From the NCBI GenBank assembly GCA_965199855.1, contig OZ241326.1, positions 1,120,001-1,184,000 of the forward strand: a stretch of 64,000 nt of DNA. The letters are read 5' to 3'. The position numbers and the translations under genes are program-made. Source of the stretch: a bacterium (GTDB taxonomy: Bacteria > UBA8248). This document shows, piece after piece, positions 1 to 11,292 of this stretch. Position 1 is the first letter of the stretch, and the number at the start of each line of letters is the position of its first letter. The notes beneath the pieces are model-generated. The model saw nothing but the letters and a program-made list of their open reading frames with translations. It did not search any database and had not been told where the DNA came from.

Positions 1-51
1 GGTTTCGACGCGCCAGGCCGGCCCCCGCTCGCGCGCGGCGGTGGGGCGCAT

Positions 52-2673
<2,622 letters not shown>

Positions 2674-2676
2674 GGG

Positions 2677-3408
2677 CTATTCTCCGCGTTTGATTTTTTC
2701 GATTTCCCGCAGAACGATTCGCTCCATCAGGTCGGGAAGGCGGGCGACCACGACGGCCTCGACGCGGCCCAGCAGGGCGGGGACGGCTTTTTCGATGTTT
2801 TCCTCCAGAAGTTTCCGGATGGCGGGAGCGAGAGCCGCGGCGTCGAGCGCGGGCGGCTCCTCCTTCCCCCCGGCGGGGTCTTTCGCTTCCGGGCGGCTCT
2901 CCTCCGGCGGGGGAGACCCGGGCCGCTCCGCCGCGCCGGCCGCGGGCGGCGGGGATTCCTCCAGGATTTCCTCGATCATCGCCTCCTCCAGGGAGTCCGA
3001 ACCCTCCCGCTCCCAGGCCCCGGGCGCGGGCGCCGCGCCCCCCCCGGCGATGAGGCGCTCCACCTCCCTCGTGAACGTCTCCGGCCTGAAGGGCTTCTCG
3101 ACGCGCCCGGCGGCGCCGACCTCCGCGATTTCCGCGTCGCTGAGCGCCCTGCGCGCGCTCGTCAGGATGAGAAGGGGCGTCCGGGAGAACTCCGGCCTCT
3201 CGCGCAGGCGGCGGCAGAACGCCAGGCCGTCGGAGCGCTCCATGTCCACGCTGACGACGAAGGCGTCCAGCGGCGTCGTCTCCGCCATGGTGAGGGCCGC
3301 GTCGGCGCTCTCCGCCGCGTGGACGTGGATTCTCCTGCCCCTGAAGGCCAGCTCCGCGACGCGCTGAACCAGAAGGCTCTCTTCGAGTAGAAGCAGGTTG
3401 GTCGCCAT
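2677..3408 (-). CDS. Atypical receiver-domain protein with acidic/Pro-rich linker and RomR/PopZ-like C-terminal helices
   Basis: N-terminal REC fold (…DGLAFCRRLR…PLLILT…KPF), with Ser at the phospho-Asp position; E/P-rich linker; C-terminus LPDLMERIVLREIEKIKRG; stop lies 3 bp before the valS start. Confidence 0.7.
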   Translation of the reverse strand: MATNLLLLEESLLVQRVAELAFRGRRIHVHAAESADAALTMAETTPLDAFVVSVDMERSDGLAFCRRLRERPEFSRTPLLILTSARRALSDAEIAEVGAAGRVEKPFRPETFTREVERLIAGGGAAPAPGAWEREGSDSLEEAMIEEILEESPPPAAGAAERPGSPPPEESRPEAKDPAGGKEEPPALDAAALAPAIRKLLEENIEKAVPALLGRVEAVVVARLPDLMERIVLREIEKIKRGE

Positions 3409-3531
3409 GCGTCGGTCCTCGTCCGGGCGTCCGCTCGATGAGCCGGAGAGAGGAGAGAGAATTCGCGTTCAGGCGCCCTTTGGGGACGCCTGCGCGCTCT
3501 TGTGCCGGTCGGGCCGCTCCGCATCATGCCA

Positions 3532-4632
3532 TTACCGCGATTCGCGGGTCAACCGCGTCCGCCCTCCGCGCCGGTAGCGGCGGACGGCGCGGCGGTGCTC
3601 TCGGTAGGTGCGCGAGAATTGATGGCCGCCGTTTCGGGTCGCCACGAAATACAGGTATTTCACCTTGGCGGGATGGAGGGCCGACTTGATGGACGCGAGC
3701 CCCGGGCTCGCGATCGGCCCCGGGGGAAGCCCCCGGTAGAGGTAGGTGTTGTAGGGAGAATCGTGGCGCAAGTCCTTTTTCGTAAGATTTCCGTCGAAGC
3801 GGGGCAGCCCGTAGATGACGGTGGGGTCGCTTTGAAGGCGCATTCTTCGCTTGAGGCGGTTGATGAATACGGCCGCGACGAGGGGGCGCTCGCTGTCCAG
3901 CGCGGTTTCCTTCTCGATGATCGAGGCCAGCGTGAGCGCCTGGTGGACGGTGAAGCCCATCGCCTTCGCCCGCCGCTTGAGCGCGGGCGTGAACTTTCTC
4001 CTCATGGTGAGAGCCATGGCTCCCAGAATCTTTCCGGCCTCGACTCCCTCCGGGAAGCGATACGTGTCGGGGAAGAGATACCCCTCCAGGGAGTCCGCCG
4101 GAATCCGCAGCTCCCGAAGGAGGGAAGCGTCCCGCGAAAGCCGCAGAACCTCCTCCTCGCCGGCGAGCCCCGCGCGGCGAATCGCCCTCGCGATTTCCCT
4201 GACGCCGTAGCCCTCGGGAATGGAGAGCGTTCGCCGGGCGACCTCTCCCCCGGAGAGGCGGCGGTATATCTCCCGCGGCGGCATGGACGCCTTGAGCGCA
4301 TAGACGCCCGCCTGAACGCTTCTCGCCCCACCCCTCAGCCGCGCCTGAAGGTGAAACAGGAGGGGGCTGCGGATGAGGCCGTTTGTCTCCAGGAGGCCGA
4401 GAATCTGTCCGAAGGACATGCCGGGGCGGACGTGGATTCGCCTCGCCCGCTCCGCCTGCGGGTCGGCGGGCCGGCCGAAGTCGCTCTCCAGGTATAGGTA
4501 GCCGACGAGGAGGGCGCACAGGCCCGCGAGCGAGAAAAGCCCCGCCCGGAGCTTTCCGCGCCGCCCGCGTCCTCCGGCGTCCGCCGCCGGCTCGCGTCCG
4601 CCGCCTTCCTTCGGGGGCGCGCTTTCGCTCAT
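3532..4632 (-). CDS. mltG: Endolytic transglycosylase MltG (YceG)
   Basis: N-terminal TM helix; LEGYLFPDTY, LASIIEKET, LQSDPTV, SPYNTY…GLPPGPI motifs. Start moved to the ATG at 4632, which overlaps the ruvX stop. Confidence 0.95.
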   Translation of the reverse strand: MSESAPPKEGGGREPAADAGGRGRRGKLRAGLFSLAGLCALLVGYLYLESDFGRPADPQAERARRIHVRPGMSFGQILGLLETNGLIRSPLLFHLQARLRGGARSVQAGVYALKASMPPREIYRRLSGGEVARRTLSIPEGYGVREIARAIRRAGLAGEEEVLRLSRDASLLRELRIPADSLEGYLFPDTYRFPEGVEAGKILGAMALTMRRKFTPALKRRAKAMGFTVHQALTLASIIEKETALDSERPLVAAVFINRLKRRMRLQSDPTVIYGLPRFDGNLTKKDLRHDSPYNTYLYRGLPPGPIASPGLASIKSALHPAKVKYLYFVATRNGGHQFSRTYREHRRAVRRYRRGGRTRLTRESR

Positions 4633-5069
4633 GGGGAGACCGGACGCCGCGCTCTTTGGCGATCCAGGTAGGTCTGAAGGATGAGCTGCGCCGCGATGAC
4701 GTCGCGCCTCTCCTTCTTCCTGCCGGGCTTCGTTCCGGTTTCGTTCAGAACGCGCTCCGCCTGCGCCGTGCTGAGCCGCTCGTCCCACTTCCTGACGGAA
4801 ACCTCGAGATGGCTCCGCAGCAGCCTTATCAGGCTTCTCGCGCGCTTCGCCCGCGCCGTGTCCCGGTTCGAGAGGCCGACGGGGTGGCCCACCACTACCA
4901 GCCGAACCTCATGCTCCCGGACGACGCCGCGCACATCCTCCACCAGCTGGCGGTCGCTTCGCCTTTCGATGAGGCCGAGCGGCTGGGAGGTCAGCCCCAG
5001 GGAGTCGCTGATGGCGAGCCCCACGCGCTTCTCGCCAAAGTCCATTCCCAGAACGCGGGGACGGCTCAT
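4629..5069 (-). CDS. ruvX: Holliday junction resolvase-like RuvX/YqgF
   Basis: LGMDFGEKRVGLAISD, WDERLST, D-x-x-AAQLILQ motifs; sits upstream of mltG. Confidence 0.95.
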   Translation of the reverse strand: MSRPRVLGMDFGEKRVGLAISDSLGLTSQPLGLIERRSDRQLVEDVRGVVREHEVRLVVVGHPVGLSNRDTARAKRARSLIRLLRSHLEVSVRKWDERLSTAQAERVLNETGTKPGRKKERRDVIAAQLILQTYLDRQRARRPVSP

Positions 5070-6709
5070 TTTTCGGCTGGCTTCGTCCGGGCGTCGTCGG
5101 GACGGGGCATTTCAATCCGGAACCGCTCGAGGGTGGAGTGCGTCGCCCTGTCCAGCGAGGCGAGGGATTTGTGATAGTCGATGAGGGCGCGGGTCTCCTG
5201 CGTGAGCGCGTTGGCGAGGGCCTCCTGATCCTCGAGAATGTCTCTGCTCGTCGAGAGGCCGACCTTGAATTTCTTCTCCTGGGCGTCGAGGCGCTCCTCG
5301 GCCAGCCTCCTGGCGACGCGCGTGGCCTCTATGCGCTTGACGTCCACGCGAACCCGGCGCGCGGCGCGCCGGACCGCCTCCATGACGGCCTGCCGCTTCT
5401 GGTGATAGGAGGCGATCGTCCGCGCGTGTCTGAGCCGCGCCTGGCGGTAGCTCGCCTCCGCCGCCCTGTTCCCGAGGGGGATGCGGAACGAGAGGCCGCC
5501 GGAGAGGGAGTATCCGTCGTCCTCGAACTGCTCGCTCAGCGCCCTCCCGCCGCTCCGCGCGAGAGAGTTGCTGGAGGCGGAGGCGCTCAGGTCGAGCTCT
5601 GGCAGCAGGTTCCGCTTCGCCGCCTTCATGTCGATCCTTCTTTTTTCGATTTCGATGCGGGCGCTCTCCAGGTCCGCGCGCGCGCGCAGCGCCCCGAGCG
5701 TGAGCCGCGTCTCGTCCACCTTGACGGCCTTGAACGCCGGCTTGTCGGTCGGCAGGATGCTGACGCCCCAGGAGGAGGGGTCGTCCGTCACGTTCAGGAG
5801 CATCTTCAGGGCGTCTTCGCGATCCTTCACCTCGCGCTCCGCCACGAGAAGGGCTTCTTCCCGGGAGGCGACGGTGGCCTGGGCTTCCGTGATCTCTATC
5901 GGCGCGAGGGTGCCGACCTCGACCTGAATCCTGTTTCTTCGCAGCAGATCCTTGGCGAGGCCGAGGGATTTTCGCCGGAACTGCAGGTTCTGGATGGAGA
6001 AGACGAGATCCCAGTAGGCCTGTTCGACGGCGTCCACCGTCTCGATGACCCTGCTTCGGTAGGCGTGGAGCGTCTGCTCCCTCGACGCCGCGGCCACCCG
6101 TATTCTCGCCTCGTTGAAATCGACGCCGAAGTTCCTGAGCAGAGGCTGTCTGATGGTGAAGGTGAGGCCGGTGCGAAAATTCGGATTGAAGGAGTTCTGC
6201 GGGGAGTTCGTCGATTCCCGGACGCCCTCGAAGATGAGCGAATACTCCGCGCCCGTGACGATCCTCCGGCGGATGCCGCCCGACGCCGACTGGGCGCTCG
6301 TCGTCAGGCCCTCCCCCGCCGTGAACAGCCGGCTCGCCGTGTCGAGCCTGGATTTTCTCGCGGAGACGTCCGCCACGGCGGCCGGATCGAACGCGGCGCG
6401 CTCCCTGACGACTTCGCTTTCCGCGATGGGGGGGGCGAACCCGGCGATGGTGATGTCGAAATTGCGCGCGAGGGCGAGGCTCACGGCCTCCCGCGCGGAC
6501 AGCGCCAGGCGGGGGCCCTTGACGATCGGCGGCGGCACGCCGCTGCGCGGCCGCTCGAAGGACGCTTCCCCGGGAATTTTCGCGGGAGCTTCCTCCGACG
6601 CGGCGCCGGGCTTCGGCGCGGGGGCCGCCCCGGCGAGAAAGGGGGTCGGCGCCGTGAGGAGGATGGCGAGCGCGGCGATGCGGGAGAAGAAGCATCCGGG
6701 CGGTTTCAT
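5066..6709 (-). CDS. TolC-family outer membrane efflux protein
   Basis: Signal peptide after the ATG at 6709, OEP repeats (RQPLLRNFG; LLPELDLSA; KFKVGLST). The track's upstream extension to 9193 is an antisense artefact. Confidence 0.88.
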   Translation of the reverse strand: MKPPGCFFSRIAALAILLTAPTPFLAGAAPAPKPGAASEEAPAKIPGEASFERPRSGVPPPIVKGPRLALSAREAVSLALARNFDITIAGFAPPIAESEVVRERAAFDPAAVADVSARKSRLDTASRLFTAGEGLTTSAQSASGGIRRRIVTGAEYSLIFEGVRESTNSPQNSFNPNFRTGLTFTIRQPLLRNFGVDFNEARIRVAAASREQTLHAYRSRVIETVDAVEQAYWDLVFSIQNLQFRRKSLGLAKDLLRRNRIQVEVGTLAPIEITEAQATVASREEALLVAEREVKDREDALKMLLNVTDDPSSWGVSILPTDKPAFKAVKVDETRLTLGALRARADLESARIEIEKRRIDMKAAKRNLLPELDLSASASSNSLARSGGRALSEQFEDDGYSLSGGLSFRIPLGNRAAEASYRQARLRHARTIASYHQKRQAVMEAVRRAARRVRVDVKRIEATRVARRLAEERLDAQEKKFKVGLSTSRDILEDQEALANALTQETRALIDYHKSLASLDRATHSTLERFRIEMPRPDDARTKPAEK

Positions 6710-7003
6710 AAAAATCCTCGCTCCGCTTTTCCGATGGCGCGTCCCTTGAAGCTCCTTTGACGCGGGTCGGGACGGCGCTTCCATTTTCGCGGCCGCCTGC
6801 GGCTCCATATTACTCGCGCGGCGATGAAAAAGGAAACGGATTCCGGCTTCCGGTCCGCGGCGCTTCCCGCAAACGAGGGAGACGGGGCGAGCCGCTTCGT
6901 TTCTTGCGCGATGGCGCGGCGCTCTGCTAGAAGTGTTCCCGCGAGAGACATCGGCGGCGCGGCCGCTTTCCGCAGGGCGCGATTCTTCCGGGGTGGGCGA
7001 TCG

Positions 7004-7936
7004 GTGGAAGTTTTTGAGGGGGTGGACGCCTACGACGGCGAAAGCTCCCCCTCGATATTGAGCATCGGAAATTTCGACGGCGTTCATCTCGCTCATCGGG
7101 AGATTTGCCGGCTCCTCCGGGAAGAGGCCGCTCGGCGCGGCGGCAGAAGCGTGATATTGACGTTTCATCCGCACCCGCTCTCCGTCGTCGCTCCCGAAAG
7201 GCAGCCCCCCCTGATGACGACCCTGGAGGAGAAGCTGGCGCGCCTGGAGGCGCAGAACGTCGACGCCGTGGTGATCGAGAAGTTCACGCCGCGCCTGGCG
7301 CGAACCGGGGCGGGGGACTTCGCGCGGCGGATCGTCGGCGAGGGGCTCCGCGCCTCGCTGGTGGTCATCGGCTTCAACTTCCGCTTCGGGAAGGGGCGCG
7401 CGGGAAACGTCGAGCTGCTGCGGCGCGAGGGGGCGAACGCCGGGTTCGAGACGCGCGCGCTGGAGCCTTTCATGTTCGAGGGCAGGCGCGTGAGCAGCAC
7501 GGAAATACGAAAGCTGCTGCTGGGCGGAGAAGTGGAGGAGGCTGCGCGCCTTCTCGCGCGGCGCCACCTGATAGAGGGGAGGGTGGCGCGGGGCGACGGA
7601 CGCGGCCGCCGAATCGGCGTCCCGACGGCGAACGTGGACTATCCCCCCGTCCTGATTCCCGAGAACGGGGTCTATGCCTGCTGGGCGCAGATCGAGGGAA
7701 GGGAGAGCCTGCGGCGTCCCGCCGTGACGAACGTCGGAACCCGCCCCACGTTCGGCGCGAAGGGGCGGACGATCGAGGCCCATCTGCTGGACTGGGAGGG
7801 AGACCTTTACGGAAAGCCGCTTCGGGTGGAGTTCGTCTCCCGCCTGCGCGAGGAGAGGAAGTTCTCGGGCCCCGAGGAGCTCGTCGCGCAGATTCGCCTC
7901 GATATCGAGAATGGCCGGAAAAAACTGAACGCCTAG
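7004..7936 (+). CDS. ribF: Bifunctional riboflavin kinase/FAD synthetase
   Basis: IGNFDGVHLAH, TFHPHP, VSSTEIR, GRRIGVPTAN, NVGTRPTF, EAHLLD; GTG start at 7004 inferred. Confidence 0.96.
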   Translation: MEVFEGVDAYDGESSPSILSIGNFDGVHLAHREICRLLREEAARRGGRSVILTFHPHPLSVVAPERQPPLMTTLEEKLARLEAQNVDAVVIEKFTPRLARTGAGDFARRIVGEGLRASLVVIGFNFRFGKGRAGNVELLRREGANAGFETRALEPFMFEGRRVSSTEIRKLLLGGEVEEAARLLARRHLIEGRVARGDGRGRRIGVPTANVDYPPVLIPENGVYACWAQIEGRESLRRPAVTNVGTRPTFGAKGRTIEAHLLDWEGDLYGKPLRVEFVSRLREERKFSGPEELVAQIRLDIENGRKKLNA

Positions 7937-8559
7937 GCGAGAAGCCCTCTCAGTCCGTCGTAGAGGAAGAACGCCCCGAACCCGCACATGGCCCACGCGC
8001 AGCCCCGCTCGATTCTCCTCCATCCGGCCTCGCCGATCATCCGGCTCCCCCGGTTCGACGACCAGGTGATGAGGAGGGCCCATGCGGCGTCCGCCAGCAG
8101 GTGGACGGCGATCATCCCCGCCAGGCCGGCCAGCCACCCGAATTCGTCCGTTCTCGCAATGAGGCCGGCGCCGACGGTGAGCCACCACAGAACCCAGTAG
8201 GGGTTCAGCGCGGTGAGCGCGGCGCCGCCGGCGAGGGCGCTCCGCTGACGCATCCTCTCTCCCCCGGAGGGCGAGGCGCGGGAACTCCCGAACGCGCCGC
8301 GTCCCAGATAGAGGAGCGCGGCGCCGCCCGCCAGAGCGACGCCCTCGCGCGTCCCCGGCGTCTCGAGGAAGGGCTGAAGACCCATGAACAGGGCGAGGAT
8401 GAGCGGAATTTCGGCCAGGGCGTGTCCGAGGGTAATCCAGACGCCGGCCCACGGGCTTTCCCTGCCCCGCATGATGAGCAGCGCGGTGAGGGGGCCCGGC
8501 GACATGACGCCGCTCAGGGAAATGGCGAGGATGAACCCGTAGAAGGCGAGCAGGCTCAT
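7933..8559 (-). CDS. LysE-family translocator
   Basis: Hydrophobic protein with SGVMSPGP, GHALAE, LNPYWVLWW motifs; start ATG at 8559. Confidence 0.85.
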   Translation of the reverse strand: MSLLAFYGFILAISLSGVMSPGPLTALLIMRGRESPWAGVWITLGHALAEIPLILALFMGLQPFLETPGTREGVALAGGAALLYLGRGAFGSSRASPSGGERMRQRSALAGGAALTALNPYWVLWWLTVGAGLIARTDEFGWLAGLAGMIAVHLLADAAWALLITWSSNRGSRMIGEAGWRRIERGCAWAMCGFGAFFLYDGLRGLLA

Positions 8560-8801
8560 GGCTTCGCCGCGTCCTCGGCGAGCAGACGGCGCAGCCGCCC
8601 GGCGTCCAGGTGAAACTTGAAAGCCTTTGTCGCGCCCAGGTAGCCGACGGGCACCTCCTCGCCGTGCAGGCGCGCCAGTTCCGGGCTGGCGTCCACGTCG
8701 ATTTCCTCGACGGCGAGGTCGGGAAAGCGCAGCCGCAGCGCCGCTTTCGCCTCCTCGCACAGATGGCACGCGCTTCGGGTGTAGAGGGTGAGCTTTCGCA
8801 T
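8556..8801 (-). CDS. Glutaredoxin-like protein (DUF836/NrdH-like)
   Basis: LTLYTRSACHLCEEA (CxxC), EIDVD, VPV cis-Pro motif; 81 aa. Confidence 0.85.
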   Translation of the reverse strand: MRKLTLYTRSACHLCEEAKAALRLRFPDLAVEEIDVDASPELARLHGEEVPVGYLGATKAFKFHLDAGRLRRLLAEDAAKP

Positions 8802-8913
8802 GGTCTGAAAGTCCGCTTCGGGTTCGGGGGCGTTTTCGGGCCGCCCGATGATAGCAGACGCCCGCGCGGGCGGCTCCCGAACCACCCGCGCGCCCGTCGA
8901 ACGGATTGCTTTC

Positions 8914-9384
8914 GTAGGGACAACCCCCTGTGGTTGTCCGTCATTGAGGATGGGGAACGATCACAATCCCCTGGATTCCGGCCTTCGCCGGAATGATGAC
9001 GGGGCGAAAATGGTTTTGTAGGGGCGGTTCGTGAACCGCCCGTTTGGGGTGGTCGCCCATGGACGCCGGTTCCGTAAAAGCGGGCCCCAAGACCGCCCGT
9101 TTTCAAGAACGATTCGCATCGGAGGCAGCGGGGCGTTCCCGAACGCTCCCTACGGGTTGCGCGTCGTCGAGATGCGAACGCGGTGCCGGACAACCACAGG
9201 GGGTCGTCCCTGCGAAATGATGAAGCCCGCGCCCCGCGCCGAACGACGGGCGGGGCGCATATATGCGCCCCCTACGGAACCGTCGCCAACCCCTGGGCGG
9301 GCGGTTCACGAATTGTGGGGCGACCCCGGGGAGGGGGCGTCCCTACGGAACCGTCGCCAACCCGCAAACGGGACGCATGAATGA
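8914..9384. repeat. Mosaic REP-like palindrome array 1
   Basis: GTAG-GGACAACC-N6-GGTTGTCC (8914), GGATTCCGGC-CTTC-GCCGGAATGA (8973), GTAG-GGGCGGTTC-GT-GAACCGCCC (9018), GGGGCGTTC-CC-GAACGCTCC-CTAC (~9130), GGGGCGCAT-AT-ATGCGCCCC-CTAC (9252); the same units recur at 55.3 and 59.8-61.7 kb. Confidence 0.85.
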
Positions 9385-9497
9385 AAACGCCCGCGGCGTC
9401 CCGTCCCGCGCCGGAGAATTCGCCGGGCGGAGGCGTTTCCCCGGGCGTTTGAAGAAGAACCGCCCGCGCCGAAAAGCCGCGCGTGAATGTCTGCGAA

Positions 9498-9720
9498 TTT
9501 CTGCAAAATCAGACAAATTCACGGCCTTATCCCGCAAATAGGGAGCTGTTTTCCACCTTTTAGAGACCCCTTTGACGACCCTTTGACCATTCCGCCCGGC
9601 CCCGGTTCTCCCGCCTTCTTTCCCCTCCGGAGGCGCACTCCCGCCGCATCTGAAATATAACCCGGCCTAGCCCCGCCGCCGCCTCGCAAATGCGGGCAAA
9701 TGCGGGCAGACGCGCGCGAT
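9498..9720 (+). repeat. Dispersed ~230-bp element, copy 1 (CAAATTCACG module plus tandem CAAATGCGGG module)
   Basis: CAAAATCAGACAAATTCACGGCCTTATCCCGCAAATAGGGAGCTGTTT… and CGCAAATGCGGGCAAATGCGGGCAGACGCGCGCGATT; homologous to 48764-48992 on the - strand. Confidence 0.75.
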
Positions 9721-9738
9721 TGTTCCACGTGGAACAAT
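9719..9738. promoter_or_regulatory. parS centromere-like site
   Basis: Perfect palindrome AT-TGTTCCACGTGGAACA-AT matching the widely conserved chromosomal parS consensus (TGTTTCACGTGAAACA type). Confidence 0.85.
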
Positions 9739-9818
9739 TTGAGGGGCGCGCCGGGCGGATTTCCGGCGCGCTTCGGGGAGACATGGGGGGATGTATTCGG
9801 ATTCATCGCCCCGAATCC

Positions 9819-9847
9819 TTGACAACGCGCTCGCCCCGATATAGGAA
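9819..9847 (+). promoter_or_regulatory. Putative sigma70 promoter of tRNA-Leu
   Basis: TTGACA at 9819-9824; weak -10 (TATAGG/TAGGAA) 15-17 bp downstream, about 20 bp before the tRNA. Confidence 0.5.
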
Positions 9848-9866
9848 ATGACTGCCGAATCTTCTC

Positions 9867-9950
9867 GCCGGAGTGGCGGAACTGGTAGACGCGCTAGATT
9901 CAGGTTCTAGTGGGCTTCGGCCCGTGGAGGTTCAAGTCCTCTCTCCGGCA
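9867..9950 (+). tRNA. tRNA-Leu(CAG)
   Basis: Acceptor stem GCCGGAG/CTCCGGC, D-loop GGAACTGGTAGA, anticodon stem CTAGA-TTCAGGT-TCTAG, long variable arm GGGC-TTCG-GCCC, GTTCAAGTC T-loop; followed by CAA, so CCA is not encoded. Confidence 0.97.
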
Positions 9951-10007
9951 CAATCAAAAACCGGACGAACCGCGCCGCGGGTTCGCGCTTCCGCTTCGAG
10001 AGACCGC

Positions 10008-11261
10008 ATGAGGATCGTCGAGGACGAACTGTCCAACGGGATTCGCGTGGTGACGGCCGAGCGCCCCGAATCAGCGGCCGTGGCGTTCCATATCTATTTC
10101 GGCTGCGGCGGCCGCCATGAGCGCGACGAGGTGGTGGGCGTGTCGCACGCGCTCGAGCACATGGTCTTCAAGGGGACGCCCTCCAGGACGACCCTCGACA
10201 TCGCGCGCGAGATGGAGGGAAACGGGGCGTCCGTCAACGCCAATACGGCGCCCGAGCGCACCTGCTATCACTTCACGGCGCCGGCCGACGCCTTCGCCGC
10301 CGTCCTGGAAGTCTATGCCGACGCGGTGAACAACTGCCTGCTCGACAAGGAGGAGTGGAGCAGGGAGCGCCGGGTCATCCTCGAGGAACTGAAGATGTAT
10401 GAGGACATGCCGCGCGTCTGGGTGTCGGACATGCTGGAGACCACCATCTACAACCTGCAGATGGGCGTTCTCGGAAACCGGGAGACCATCAACGCCATAG
10501 AGCCGGAGCACATGCGCGAGTTGACGGAAACGTGGTACGTCCCGGGCAACACCGTGATTTCCGTGGCGGGCGGCGTGAGGCGCGAGGAAGCGGTGGCGCT
10601 CTCCGAGCGATACTTCGGCGACCGCGCCGGAAGCGGCGAGAAGCCCGCCGCCCCCGCCCTGCCGGAGGAGAGCGCCGCCAAGGTCGCCGCCCAGGCGCGC
10701 CAGACGGATCAGGTGAATCTCGCCCTCGGCTTTCGCGCCTTCGGGCTGGATCGCGAGGACGGCGCCCCGCTCCGCGTGATGTGCGACATCCTGGGCGGGA
10801 AGATGAGCAGCAGGCTGTTCACCGAGGTGCGCGAGAAGCGCGGGCTGGCCTACAGCGTGGGCGCCGCGCCGCATCGCCACACCGATGCGGGCATGGTCGA
10901 GATGAAGGCGGGCGTGGCGCTCGAGAAGGCGGTGGAGGCGACCGAGGTGATGCTCTCCGAGACGGGAAGGTTCAAGACCGAGCCGGTGACGAACCAGGAA
11001 CTGGAGGAAGCGAAGCGCCACATCAAGGGAGGCCTCCAGATACACGAGAGCTCGCAGTATCACGCGGGTCGAAACGGCTCGAACCTCATGCTCCGGGGCA
11101 GGATTTATCCCGTGGAGGAGGAGTTGGCGGACATCGACGCCGTGCGCGCGGAGGACATCCTGCGCGTGGCCGAGGAGGTTTTCCAGGAAGAGCGGCTGAC
11201 GGGCGCGGTGATAGCGGAGAAGGACCTGGGGGCGGAAATCGAGGCGGCGCTCAGAATCTGA
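10008..11261 (+). CDS. M16 family (pitrilysin-like) Zn peptidase
   Basis: Inverted zinc motif HALEH (HxxEH), VFKGT, SSRLFTEVREKRGLAYSV; start ATG at 10008 (the track's start overlaps the tRNA). Confidence 0.93.
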   Translation: MRIVEDELSNGIRVVTAERPESAAVAFHIYFGCGGRHERDEVVGVSHALEHMVFKGTPSRTTLDIAREMEGNGASVNANTAPERTCYHFTAPADAFAAVLEVYADAVNNCLLDKEEWSRERRVILEELKMYEDMPRVWVSDMLETTIYNLQMGVLGNRETINAIEPEHMRELTETWYVPGNTVISVAGGVRREEAVALSERYFGDRAGSGEKPAAPALPEESAAKVAAQARQTDQVNLALGFRAFGLDREDGAPLRVMCDILGGKMSSRLFTEVREKRGLAYSVGAAPHRHTDAGMVEMKAGVALEKAVEATEVMLSETGRFKTEPVTNQELEEAKRHIKGGLQIHESSQYHAGRNGSNLMLRGRIYPVEEELADIDAVRAEDILRVAEEVFQEERLTGAVIAEKDLGAEIEAALRI

Positions 11262-11292
11262 CGCGAGGCGGGCGGGGGAAGCCCCCGGGAGC

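Noticed and set aside
6710-9193. Apparent 1375-aa giant TolC fusion
   Set aside because: The upstream part overlaps ribF, the LysE and glutaredoxin genes and REP repeats; a signal peptide starts at 6709.
8886-9860. Short ORFs in the repeat regions (also 55.2-55.9 and 60.4-61.7 kb)
   Set aside because: They are translations of palindromic repeats (VIPAKAGI, VGAVREPP) with no coding signal.
9867-9950. tRNA-Leu as an integration site
   Set aside because: No integrase follows, and I saw no duplicated tRNA 3' end in the window.
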